DNA from: Atractiella rhizophila
Lineage: Eukaryota
Reading direction: 5' to 3'
Length of the DNA: 57,670 nucleotides
Assembly (NCBI GenBank): GCA_021432655.1
Contig: MU271286.1
Location: 49,213 to 106,882, forward strand
Positions within the stretch are counted from its first letter, which is position 1. Each line of letters opens with the position of its first letter. The position numbers were made by a program, and so were the translations under genes. This document shows, in pieces, positions 36,944 through 49,162 of this stretch. The notes under the pieces are model-generated. The model did no database searches. It saw only the letters and a list, made by a program, of their open reading frames with translations, and was not told the origin of the DNA.

Positions 36944-39598
36944 TCACGATGATGATACAACGTTTTCCTCCCGCTTCTCTCGTTTCCCATCTTCCACTGT
37001 GATCTCTGCTGTCTCCTGCTCCTCCTCAGGGAGGTTCGCACTTTTGCCATTGCTCTGATTCTCCCACATATCCCTATACACCCCACCTTCCCGAAGCATC
37101 AGCTCTTGATGCGATCCTTGCTCGGCCACAAAGCCATCCTTGAGGACGATAATGATATCTGCCATAATGACAAGTCGTGATCAGAAGCAAAGAAGTTTTG
37201 AGGCGGAAAGCTAACCAGCATCTGCGATCGTCCGAAGACGATGAGCAACAAAAATGCTTGTCCTGTTCTTTCGGAGGAGCGTTTGTCGGATATTGGACAT
37301 GAGCGCTTCTTCAGTATACGTGTCTAGAGCGCTCGTCTGCCATACTCGTCAGGTTTGCAAAAGAATGGTGAAGAAGGTGCCGTACAGCTTCGTCGAAGAA
37401 TAGAATCGGCGAGTCTTTCAACAGCAACCTGGCGACGGCCAATCGTTGCTTCTCCCCTCCTGAGATCATGAGTCCTCTCTCCCCCACCTTCGTCGCCCAC
37501 TTCTCAGGCAATCGTTCAATCGTATCCGACACACTTGCTAGTCTGGCTGCTTCCTTGACTTCCTCATCATTTGCGGACAAGCGTCCATATCGAATATTAT
37601 GCATGATGTCCGAATTGAAGAGCGGCGTGTCTTGTGGAACGACACCGATTGTTTCCCTGAGACTCTCGAGTGTCACATCTTTCAAATCCTGTCCATCCAC
37701 CAGAATCTGGCCGTTTGAGGGATCGTAGAACCTGAACAAGAGACGGAACACGGTGCTCTTTCCGCATCCTGACGGCCCGACAATCGCGACTTTCTTCCCA
37801 GCCGGAATAACAAAGGAGACGTCTTTGAAAATTGGGCGGTCGGGATGGTAGGCGAAGGAGACATTGCGAAATTCAATTTTGCCGCCAGAGAAGGCGAGCG
37901 GTGTGGCTGTAGGTGAGTTGGCGATAGTTTGTCGCACGCTTTGAAGAGAGAAGAGGGTACCCATGTCGATAAGGGATTGACGCAGTTCGCGGTAAACAGT
38001 TCCTTTATTCGAGTGTAAATCATCAGCACAAGTGTCTGAGCTCGGTTAGGAAACAGGGACCAACCAAGGAAATTGAGAGGGACAGAAAGTTGGAACAAGA
38101 GTTGGTTGACCATAACCAGATCCCCGACTGTCATTGTGCCAGCTGCAATTCCCTTTGCTGCAAGCCACATGATCCCGGTCAACGCAGCTGAGAAGATGAA
38201 GTTTTGTCCCCCATTCAAGAAGGCCAAACTAGTAGCAATCTTAACGCTGGCGCGTTCGTAATCCTTCAAAGCACGGTTGTATTGCTCAACTTCGTACTTC
38301 TCGTTGTTGAAGTATTTCACCGCCTCGTAGTTGATCAATGAGTCGACAGAAACCGTGGCTGCTCGGTTGTCTGCTTTGTTCGCTTCACGTCGAATCTTGA
38401 CTCTGAAGAGGAAAAAAAATCAGTTTCACAGCTCAAAGTCAACCGTTCGTGTGAAAGTGAGCTCACCTCCAGGAAGTTGTGCGGATAGTGAACCACGTAT
38501 AGCACACCATCGTAGCGACGGTCACTGCCGAGAAGTTGTAGCCGAAATTCCAAGACTACATCAGGGAATAAGCAGATGATCACAGCTTTGGGGGAGTAAC
38601 AGACGAGAATTCCGCAAACCATCCCAATCTCAAGAGCCGTAGGAATAATGTGGAAGAGGACCGAAGTGAGAAGGAAGGATATTCCTCTATTTTGGCATGA
38701 TCAAATGTCCACGTTTCGCAGAGAGAAAGTCTCACTTTGCTCCTCGATCTAGTGCTCGAGTAAGACCACCAGTTTGTCGCGTAAGGTGGAAAGAAACATC
38801 AAGCTGTAATAAATGGGAGAATATATTTCTGGACACTCGTCGAATCGCAAGTTGGGCAACGTTGGCAAAGACCGCATTTCGAAGTTCTGAGAAGACTGTC
38901 GAAAAAAATCTGGCTAATCCATCTACATTTGGTTGTTCTAAATTAGAGACAGCCACGGTATTGACAAAAGAAAACAACGAACAGCCCACGATAACTGCTC
39001 CTGCTACAGTCGCAACACCTGCCGAGGTTGTCACATCAATGGGAACGTTGAGCGAGTCCACGATCTCCTTGAAAAAGAATGGAACAGTGACATTGGATAC
39101 CTTCAACCATCAACGATTTAATTGCAAGATAAAGTGAATAATGTGAGTTGCATACCTTTCCTGCCACCAACAAGATCATAGCGACAGCTACTCGCGTGCG
39201 TATACCCCAATCATCCTTCGGCCAGAGATTTGGCAATAGTTTTTTTATAATCTGCCAATCCTGCCCTTTCTTTTCTTCTGGTTGTATCGGGAGAGCACTT
39301 TTCTCCGGTGTCGGAGCTGGGGCAGAAGGTTTGGGAGCCGATGGTGAGGGAGTTTTTGGCTGAGACGGTGGCTGTGTCTGGGAAGCGAGAGAGGCATGAA
39401 GACGAAAGAACGACGGTGCATGGCATGGAATTCGCTGGGCTCTTGAGCTCTGAGCAGAGAAATGTGTCAAGTGCCGAAAACAAGTGGTGTTTGAATGCTA
39501 TTAGTTTACTTCGGTCATTTAACTGGCTTCAGAAGAGGAAACAGACGCACGAAAGCCAGCCTGCTCGCTGACAGACCTAAAGAATGGCGAAATGGCAT
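36944..39598 (-). CDS. ATM1: Mitochondrial ABC transporter (ABCB7/Atm1)
   Basis: [45 protein letters not shown], Walker [10 protein letters not shown], signature ISGGEKQR and Walker B ILFFDEA. Start codon approximate. Confidence 0.95.
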
Positions 39599-40089
39599 GA
39601 CGGAACCACGCAATGTGTGACTGCCTCCGGCTTTCAAGTCTTTGGTAGGTTTTGGGGCAAAGGGAAAGACACGCTTGGGACGTTGAAACTCTGATGACTT
39701 GCCCACTATGTAGAAAGGGAGCCCTCCGACGCAATTCGCAATCAACGGTCAGGCAGGAACCTGCAGGATGATTGGACAGCACAATCAAACAGAACCGAGC
39801 GGAACAAGCGGCCACTTGAATGCGGCTTTGTCAGCGTCGAGAGGCAAGCCCTAGCCGGATGTTGTCGGCCAAATTGAGGTATCAAGGAGTTTTGACGGAT
39901 GAGCAGCAGCAAATACAGTGAACTTGAGTCTGGTAATCTTTAATCTTTTGCCTGAGCTGCGGACAAAGCAAACAGGTTATTAAGGTTCGGAACGAATTCT
40001 GGGTTGTTTCTGCCCACAGGCCCAGCTTTTCTACAGAAGTGATCTTTTTTGCCTGTGAAGATCAACATATGTACAATCTGGTGGGAATC

Positions 40090-43000
40090 TCAGCAAAGAT
40101 AGTTGGGCTCCCGTATCAACATGTCAACCTCGACATGAAGGTTCTGGGGGTTAGAAGATACGACGCTAAAATTATGGCTACAACAGGTGTCTACAACGGA
40201 ATGGAATAGAAAGAGACTATGTCTCACGTTGGTGTCTCCAGACATCCTGAACGAGATCTCAGCTTTAGAATTGACGGAGGAAAGATGGCTACGCACCTTT
40301 TTTGTCAACATGCCACTCAGTCTACCTTGGGATGTCAAAAGCAGCACACGAAGTCCCTACTGGGATGTCAGCCATGGCGGAAGCAATAAAATCGCATTAA
40401 GCCCACCATTCTCTGGAAAAGCTGAATAACAATTTCCATCGGCATGCTCTGGTTGACATGCAAGGGGGTCTAGGGATGCAGTTAGTCCCAGGTATTCGAT
40501 TTTGAACCTCACGAACCTGATCGATCCACGGCTTGATATTGAGCCAAACAACGTTGTCGGTTTGTGAAGAATCTTCACTCCGTTGGCCTCGCCCTTCTTC
40601 CACACGTACAGTAGTATCGTAGTAGTCATGCTCGTGATCATGCTTCGCTGCTGACGGCTCTTGTTTGTCGTTCCCAATCACAATTGCCCTTCCTCTCGCC
40701 GTGCGGGACCCGACAGAAGTGAAATAGCATAATGTATCGCCGTTCACTTCCCCTGACGCTTCTGCTTGTTCTATCAAAATGCAATAAGCTTTTGTTCGGC
40801 TAAATAGTGATGACGTACCGATACAATATCGAAGTTCGTCTCTACTAACATATCCCAACAAAACGGGATCAGTTTTGCTGGTAATGATAGGGAAACCTCG
40901 AAAGTATTCGCTTTGCAACAGTTCTTTCAGCCTATCAAGAGGGCAGCCAACGTCTTCCAACATAACGATACGGTTAATAGGAGTCATGACATCTTTCGCC
41001 AAAACTTTGTCTTTTCGATAATCGAGCTTGTTTGAGAGAAAGGGGTATTGACGAAAGTTGATCCACTGTGGGAGGAGTCAGCGGAAGAAATGCCAGAAGA
41101 GGAACGATGTACGGCTTCATAAATTCCTTCTTTGGACAGTAGGTCTCCCGAGAACTTGGCGAATATCACAGCTGCAACATACTCGTCACTCGCACGACAC
41201 TGGTAGGGAAAGCTCGAACCAAGCATGACGGGAATAAGTACGTCAATGTTACCCGTCAACTCAAAAAAGATCACCACTGTGCATGGATTAGTTCGGCTCT
41301 AATGCTTGAATGCGAAGCAACTAACGCACCAAGAGAGACAGTCATCTTTGTAACTCCACTCAAAAAAGCCACGCTGCCCACAATGGCATAAATGCTAGGT
41401 TTGACACATGCCTCTCCAGCAGTGATGCCACAACCAGCGAAAAGCCACAAATCCGGATGTCTATTTTGAACAAGCCCCAAGAAAATCGACACCGCTCTTC
41501 CGAACGATGCTCCAATGGCCAGGGACGGCAGGAAGATTCCAGCTGGGATAGCAGCCCCAAAGGTAACCGCGGTGAGGAAAGTTTTGGCAGTGGCGGTGAC
41601 GACGAGAGAGAGGAGGGTAGAAAAAGTGCCTGTCGAATTACAGAGGGAGGATGATGAATCGCTGTCACAATCGGTGAACAGAAGCGCTACAAGTTCGGAC
41701 GTTGGAAGCCGCATATATTCGAGAAGGTACGAGAGTAAGGCAGTGAAGAATGCGATGGTGGTTGCTGAACCGAACGATAAATCAATCTGCGAGTTCAGGA
41801 CTGGAGGAGACGTACCTTCGAGGACAGGGTAGTTTTCAACTCCGCTTCTCTTCCTAAAGTTCGCAAATTCCATGTTCAACCTGGTGAACCAATACCCAAA
41901 CACCCCTCCAGCAACACCGATCAACACCCAGCTAGCGCTCTCCCACACGGCAAACGTCTGCGAAGAGGAAACGACGAAAAGGGCCAATTTGCCAGTTTTG
42001 AAGGGATCTATCCATTGAAGTGTGACTGCTGCGATAACTGAGCAAACGAAGGATTGCCAGAGGGTCGAAGCTGGAAAGTAGTACGAAACTTCTTCGAGAG
42101 CAAAAAGCACGCCGCCTAAGGGTGATCCTGTACAAGATATCAGATGTCGATAAACTTCCAGAAAGGGTCGTACCGAAAGCTGTCGTGAGCCCTGCAGCAG
42201 CACTAGCAGAAATGATTTCCCTCCTTTTGGCCTCGTTCTCCCTGAAAACACCAAAAAAGCGACTGATGACGTTGCCTACGGCAGAAGCGACGTGGACAAG
42301 CGGACCCTCCTCCCCCAAAGACCTGGACTTGAAGTCAAGTGTGGTTGTGTGATAGAAACGTCAAAGGTAACCTACAGCCCACTCGCTACTGCCAGTGTTA
42401 AACCGATGAATTTCACTAAGGACCTCCATCGGTCAGTGCTTTTGGGAAAGAGAGAACCAATACCAAGCAAAGTAGCTCCTGAGAGAAAGCCTTTTATGAC
42501 GTACCCACTCAATATCGTTTTGATTTCGGGTATTCCGGTGTGTGTGGCGTAAGGGGCTAATGTTATAAGCGTCAGAAGAGCGCCTCGACTTTTACAGTGA
42601 GCTGCGTACCAAAATCTCGAACGAAGACAGCTGCAATAGTAGCAAAAACTGTCCCGCTGGCGATATAGACAAGGTAACGTGCGAAATTGCCGAAGAGCCA
42701 TTCGGCATGCTTGAAGTGCAACCTCCAAACATCACATGTCTCTCCTGGATCCAAACCCGAGCAGCACGTCGACCTATTCAGATAGAGGTCATCTTCACAA
42801 TAGCCCTCCCTCAGGTCGGCCAGCCAAATGCTCAATACATCCAACGCAGCGGCCAAAGTGCCAGTGAGCAAACCAGTGAGAATGACGACGATCCAAGGTT
42901 TGAGGAGCTCGAGGGTTCGAATTGCAGCACCATGAATGCCAGGTACGGTTCGAAGCTTCTGTGTCCGTATTCGAGACTTGGAATCTTCATATGCCCAGTC

Positions 43001-43243
43001 GATGGTTGCTCCATCCTGGTAAGCGGCTCCAAAGCGAGAAGAAACTTCGTTGTCCCAGCCTTCAAGCTCGTGAAGGAGACGTCGTGGACGCGAGAGGATT
43101 GGAGTGTCGAAGGATGGGGAGCGAATGAGACGCCGAAAAATACCTGTCGAGGCTGAGCGGGAGGGAGTTCGAGGGGATGGAAGAGGTGCGCTGACGGAAG
43201 CAGGGGAACCGTTCTCCGTCAATAGTGGCCGCAAAGAGGCCAT
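40090..43243 (-). CDS. CLC-family chloride channel/transporter with C-terminal CBS domains
   Basis: [47 protein letters not shown] and CBS segments ([14 protein letters not shown]). 3' end approximate. Confidence 0.92.
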
Positions 43244-45500
43244 GAAGGATATAAAGAGCTAATAGATGCCGGATCAGCGGCGTGGTGGAGCTGAATCAAG
43301 TAAATGTCAGCTGAAGAGATAGTCAAGCACTGTGTAACGTGTACTAGACCTACTAGACGCCTGAAACTCGGAGGATCGCACTACACCGCAAACATAAATA
43401 CCAGACGGCTGAACACCTCGTACGAAGTCTCCCACCAACTTGCACCAAGCAGATAACGCACCTCGTACTCTAAGTCGCAAGTTCGCTCCCAACAGAGGAC
43501 CTATTCCTGCTATCCAGTGCTATTACTTCGCTAACCAATGTCTGGCTTGATTGTGAACAAGTTGCAGAAGCGTTGTACGTACAAGACGCAGCCTTGGTTC
43601 CTACATGGATTGCTTCCTTTTCCTTTTCTTCAATGTCACGAAACCCAATTCAGTAGCTGCATTAGGCTTCCGAACAGGAGGAGGAAATAGGCGTTGAGGA
43701 TGAAGATCTTGATCGCGAGCGCACCAAAGGAAGAGATGGAAAAGGTTGGAGGGTCTGCATAGCAAGCGTCGAGCAGGAACTGCTACGGAATCGGTATGTC
43801 TGCTTTTAACCGTTAAGTCAAGTGTTTTCTGCAACCTACGCCGCGAACACAGGCAGCTTTACATGTTATACATCAAGGCTTGATGCGTTCGAACTGCGCC
43901 AAATCAAAACATGCTGCAGGGAGTCAGTCCATCTGACCTGTTTCGGCCTAGCCGCTTCACTCGCCAAATCCCAGATCATTTTGTAAGGCAACTGAAACCC
44001 TTGATTTGCGTCATGATATTGATATCACAAGGAACGGACCGTTGTGTCTTTCGAGTAGGATATCTTGACAGTTCCTGCTGGATCAGCCTGTGTCGAATTT
44101 TGTGAGATCATAAACGATTATGGATCATCGTTCGTTGATAAACGTTCAACGGTTGTAGTACTAAGACAAAGGCTCTTCGAACTCAAGATTCAAGCTTGTT
44201 CATGGTTTAGGCTTTCAAGTCTAAGCTTCCGATAAGATTGACGGTATCCTAAGTCACACTAGTCTACTTTTACAATTCTTGCCGTTCTCGTTCCACCTTA
44301 AAATAGTTGTAGCATAAACAGGACCTTTGTGCCTATTAGATTAATATGGGGTAGTTTGCAAGTCTGAAAGAAAGTAGCTTCCGATAACCTGTCTCTCGAT
44401 CAGGCGGACACATTGGCTATAAGGAGAGATGGATACTCACATCCATAACCCTTGTTGCTTGGGTGTTATCTTTTGTTCCAGACTAATACGTTGCTCAGTC
44501 GTGTTATGACAGAAAGAAGATTTCATATCTCCACCCTTTGTAGACATGCCAGCCTCAACATAACCATCTTTTTTCTGAGTGTTCGGGTCCCAGATGGCGG
44601 CGCTGTGCTTGGTCCTTTGGACGTCTGAAAGAAAGATATCTCTGTCAATCCCAAATCATTGTTCCAGAACAACAATCACGCCTTCGCCACGGACCCATTA
44701 CAGTATAAAGTTTTCTTTCTTTCTTGTCTTATTCAGTGTCGACCTTTGTTCCACCAATAGTTTAGAGCTCGATATTCCTTTCTTTCGCATTGGGTGAATG
44801 ATCGCCCCAGATTCCCTTGACGCTCAAAATGGTGGCTTTCCCTTTGTGAAGGGAAAATCTTCTAGAGGCTTTAAAAGCCCTAGTCTTGCCTCTTCCCCAA
44901 CGCAAACATAATTCTTCTCAACACAATTCGTCAGTAAAGAAACACTAAGATATGGGCGGTCTTGCCCCTGTATTTTATGGCTTCGGTTTTATATTCAGGC
45001 TTCTAAGTAGTAAAGCGAAACGGCAATACGCCGGAGAAGTAGCCATTCACGTCTGGGAATCTCAAGGTTTCCTAAGTGTCAAGCACCAATATTTTTCAAT
45101 GTTGAATCAGTATTCAATGTTCAAGTAGCTTGGCATCTGAGCACAAATGGCGCACATAATAGTACTACTAGAGCAGATCACGAACAGTGGTTGCTGCAAA
45201 TGTCCCGAGTCTGTACACCTACTGTTTGAGGAGCCAGGGTATGGTAATTTAACATGCCCAAGGCCCATTGGCTTGAAAATAATGCAAAGTACAAGTTTGA
45301 TTTCTTTTGGTGTGATCGATGTGATCGATTCCGCATTCCTCTGTCAAGAACACAGGTCATGGTGTTAAGTGCAAGTTGTCAGCTGCTAATTATGATCAAA
45401 TAATCCAAGCGGGCAGTTTTAAGCAAATATAGGAACTATATATGACCCTGAATACTGAGAGGAGAGAGATTGCTAGTAACAAACCTCAGTCGCACAACCA

Positions 45501-47668
45501 TCAAATCCGTATGTAGGGAAACATATCTCTCGCTTTCAGAATTCGCTTTTCCTCACTCCTCACAGTTCTGGGGAAAATAGCAAACACTGGATCGCGATCA
45601 TCCGGCTCCCCATAATTTTCCCAAACCAGATCACGGTCCAGACCTTTATTTCCCTCTCCCTTGTATAAAATGCGAAGCATGTGAAAGTAGCTGTCTGGGG
45701 AATTCAGAACATCTGGATCCCATGTTTGCACTGTCGCTGCGAAATCAATCAGGACGACGTGATCTTGGCTCCAATCTTGATTTGTGGTTACGAGTACCTG
45801 ATCCTTGTGCCAATCGAGCTGCACCACATCTGCTGCGTCGAGAGCACGGGCAACGTGTCGACCGCTCTGGATCTATCAAGCGAAGATTTTTAGCAGCAGC
45901 TGGGCCACCATCGATTGACTCAAGACCTACAATACTAAGCTGTCTGTCTCGAGTGAGATTGTGTGTATACTCTGAGTTGAGCAAATGGCCGTCGATGTAT
46001 TCCATGAGCAGCCCATAGAGGACAGTTCCAATCGGCAATGTGAACTAATGCAACCTTAAGCCCTGTGACAACGGTCGCTCAGCAAGCAAACGGACTCGCC
46101 TGATGCATCCCGAAGAACCAAGGTACGAGGGAGCCTTGCAGTGGCTTTAGTTTGTCGTAAGCAAAGGCTTCGTTCATGGCGACATATTCTGCCACCACTA
46201 CTCTATCAAACCAGCGCACAACTGGATCTTCAAAGTATTCAGGGTCTTCATCTTCGGTAGGCAATACTTGGAAGCGATCATCGAAAAGTTTTAAGCACAG
46301 GGGAGGAGAAGAAATCAGTTCCCCATCGATGGAAGCAATGCGGCATCGATAAACCGTACAGATTCCTCGTTCAGATCCCTTCGCGATGACATCTTCAACG
46401 ATCAAAGTAAAGGTCTTGCTTTCTTGAAAGGTGTTCTCAATCCCGGCATGGTCAAGCGGAGACGGTCTTTGAATGGCATCAATATGAGCTCTGGTCTCGG
46501 GCGTGATTTCAGACTCCTCAAATGGATAAATCGGACGAGTCATGGGAAGAGTTTGTCCAATTTTATGTGTGAAACCGACAAGCAAATCGTTGGGGGCGGC
46601 GACGACCTTTTCAGACTGCTGCGAAATATACTGCTGCCATCGGAAAAATTGGCGGGCTCTTCGCTCGTCTCGGACCAAAGTGCAGGCATCAAAATCAGAA
46701 TGTCGCTTATGATTAGCGAAGACCTCCTCATCAGAAAGTAATGATTGTGCTGGGTCCATTGGCGGACCCTCAGGGAGGACGAAGGAGTCGTCAGGTTCTG
46801 GAAAAGGGTCCGGAGCGTCAATAAAGCACGAATTTACTCGAAGTACAAAAGCCGTCGTGAGGACTCTTAAAGTGAGAGCTGGCTGATCCGTAAATACTTT
46901 TTCAAAGGTGGAATCGGGATGCGTTGGTGTTGGAGGATAGAAAACCGCTATCTCATTCAGGTTGGAAACAATGATGGATCTCGACGTTGCCTGTTCCAAT
47001 GATTCGGCAAGGATCATTTGAGTTCGCGCAGAAACTCGATCTTGTGGATCGAACAAGTTGTACGGCTATTTATTTCCTGTCAGACCTATCAATGACAAAA
47101 AAGGAGACACCTACCGAAAGTAGAACCTGGGGAGGCACATGAAACTCACCAAATTCTTCACAAGCAAATGAAGTGCCAAAGACGCCTGGTGTTTTGAAGT
47201 CGAGGGTGGTACATCTCATTGGAGTACGAGATAACGATCTTGCGAACTGACGAGAATGCAACTGATTGAAGAGACCGGGTATTGGTTGCAGAAGTGCTGC
47301 GAGATATTTGTCAGGAGAAAGCCTGTTTTGACATGAGCGCCGTTACTGTGAATAAAGAAACGCATTGCGCACGTTGCAAGTCTAGAATCATCCGCTTCCC
47401 ACACTATCTTACGCCTGTGATTACAACGAAGCCTTCCTTGCAGCAAGTTTAAGGCACCATGTACAGGGCTGAACTTTGTTTCGAGCTTTTTCCATTCCAA
47501 GGATTTTTCAAGGTGAGCAGCGCCAACGTTCTCAGCTGAAACTAATGGCCGGCTGTTCACTAAAAATCGAGGAAGAGGAAGTACATTTGTGAATATCTGA
47601 TCCGGATGCTTCAATGCAAATCTTCTGGCACAGTTGATAATTGGTGACAGGCCATGCTCGAGCGCCAT
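45501..47668 (-). CDS. Atypical fungal protein-kinase-like protein
   Basis: LCLKLFD (beta3 Lys), NEAFAYDKLKPLQGSLVPWFFG, LLMEYIDG hinge, QLDWHKDQVLV loop and VLIDFA. Includes a GC-AG intron at 46045-46099. Confidence 0.75.
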
Positions 47669-48484
47669 TCATTTACCGATATGGATGAAAAAGTTGGGCT
47701 CACTTGCTAGAATTGCCGAAACTGGTGCGACTGGTTGTTGGATGATAACTAAGTTAGTGACAAAAATAAGAAAAGTGTAACACAATTAAAATACTTTTTT
47801 TGTTTGTATCCCGACCGACCGGAACCAACAACATCACGCCACTTGGAGCACTGCAATGTTGGCTTTTGTGCACGCTGCAGACTCAATCGATGTCTAACGT
47901 ACACCATACATCCTTCAAGCCTCAAGTTAACATGGAGGATCTGCATGAGATGCCTGGTGAAAGCTTCCAAGTTCGTCCAAGTTATTACTCTACACATCGG
48001 CCAAATGAAAATGCAAATGTGCACTCGATAGACAGGTTGGGACAAGAGGCAAAGATTACTAGATGGGAAGATTGTAGGAAAACGAGTATGTAATTTCGTC
48101 GTTTCAACGAAATAGCCTGCAACTTGATGGGAGAAGCATGCTAGATTCATTTCACACGATACGAGTTCGGCGGGCAGCAAAATAGATCTGACTTAGATGA
48201 TACTGACAGGAAGCCAATCTTCGCGATCGTGCCATAGGCGGTATTGGCTTCAAAGGATTGAACGGTCTAGTGACTAATCGTGAGGGGAATGATGTGGCTG
48301 AAGATATGATGGCTCAGGAAAGAGTCTAGGGCAAGTCAAGGACTGACCTGTACTATGATAGCCTTTTTTTAACACGTCGCCTACTCCTTTCGTGCGCTCT
48401 TCTTCAATCTTTTGGTTTCTGGCTAACTGGTTTCTCCTAGCGCGATCCCAAAAGTCCTGAACGAACCTAGCCGTCTCTGGTTTC

Positions 48485-49162
48485 TTAAGCGGCTAGGAAT
48501 GAGTCTTTGTCGGCTCCGATTTCACGCGCGTAATATAGCATGCAGTAAGTAAACAAGCCACAGACCTGGAAGGGGTGTTGCCTGGAATAATAATCATTAG
48601 GCTCACGTAACTCATCCTGGAGCCTGTAAACCATTGAATCGAAGAAAGCTGCAAACGTGGGGAAAAAGACGCCTTCATCGACTTCGCATGAAGATATTTT
48701 CATCGTTGTTTCTGGAGATGCGATGAAATCGAAAGGAGATGAAGGTAACAAGCGAACCCATTGAGGAGCTCTTCCATCCGTTCGTTCGAAGCGAATTGGA
48801 CGGGCGGCACGGTCTCGAGAATAGTTGAAACCTTCCTCAGGATGAAAATTCAGAGGGCATTCCACCTCTTTGAAAGGTGATTCAGAGGCTCGGAGGGCAT
48901 CGGCTGCCGTTGAAAGCATGTCGTCCGATATGAGCAGGTAGAGGTCCCAAGTTCCTGTAGGAATAAAATGTGCATATCCCAGAGCGTGCTCCATGAAGAC
49001 CACCACTGGATTTACGCCAAAGTTGGCGATTATCCGAGCGGGTTCCAGTTGTTCTCTTTGTTGTTCGGTTGGGTAAAAGTCGAGCTTGCTTGGGATTTCA
49101 TCCGCAAATGGTTTCACGAAATCATCTTCCAGCTCTTGTAATCTTCTCCATTTTTCATCCAT
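48485..49162 (-). CDS. Hypothetical fungal protein, possibly frameshifted near the C-terminus
   Basis: Intronless 225-aa ATG ORF with globular composition (MEHALGY...WDLYLLISDD...FPTFAAFFDSMV); a coding-like frame continues past the stop. Confidence 0.6.
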   Translation of the reverse strand: MDEKWRRLQELEDDFVKPFADEIPSKLDFYPTEQQREQLEPARIIANFGVNPVVVFMEHALGYAHFIPTGTWDLYLLISDDMLSTAADALRASESPFKEVECPLNFHPEEGFNYSRDRAARPIRFERTDGRAPQWVRLLPSSPFDFIASPETTMKISSCEVDEGVFFPTFAAFFDSMVYRLQDELREPNDYYSRQHPFQVCGLFTYCMLYYAREIGADKDSFLAA

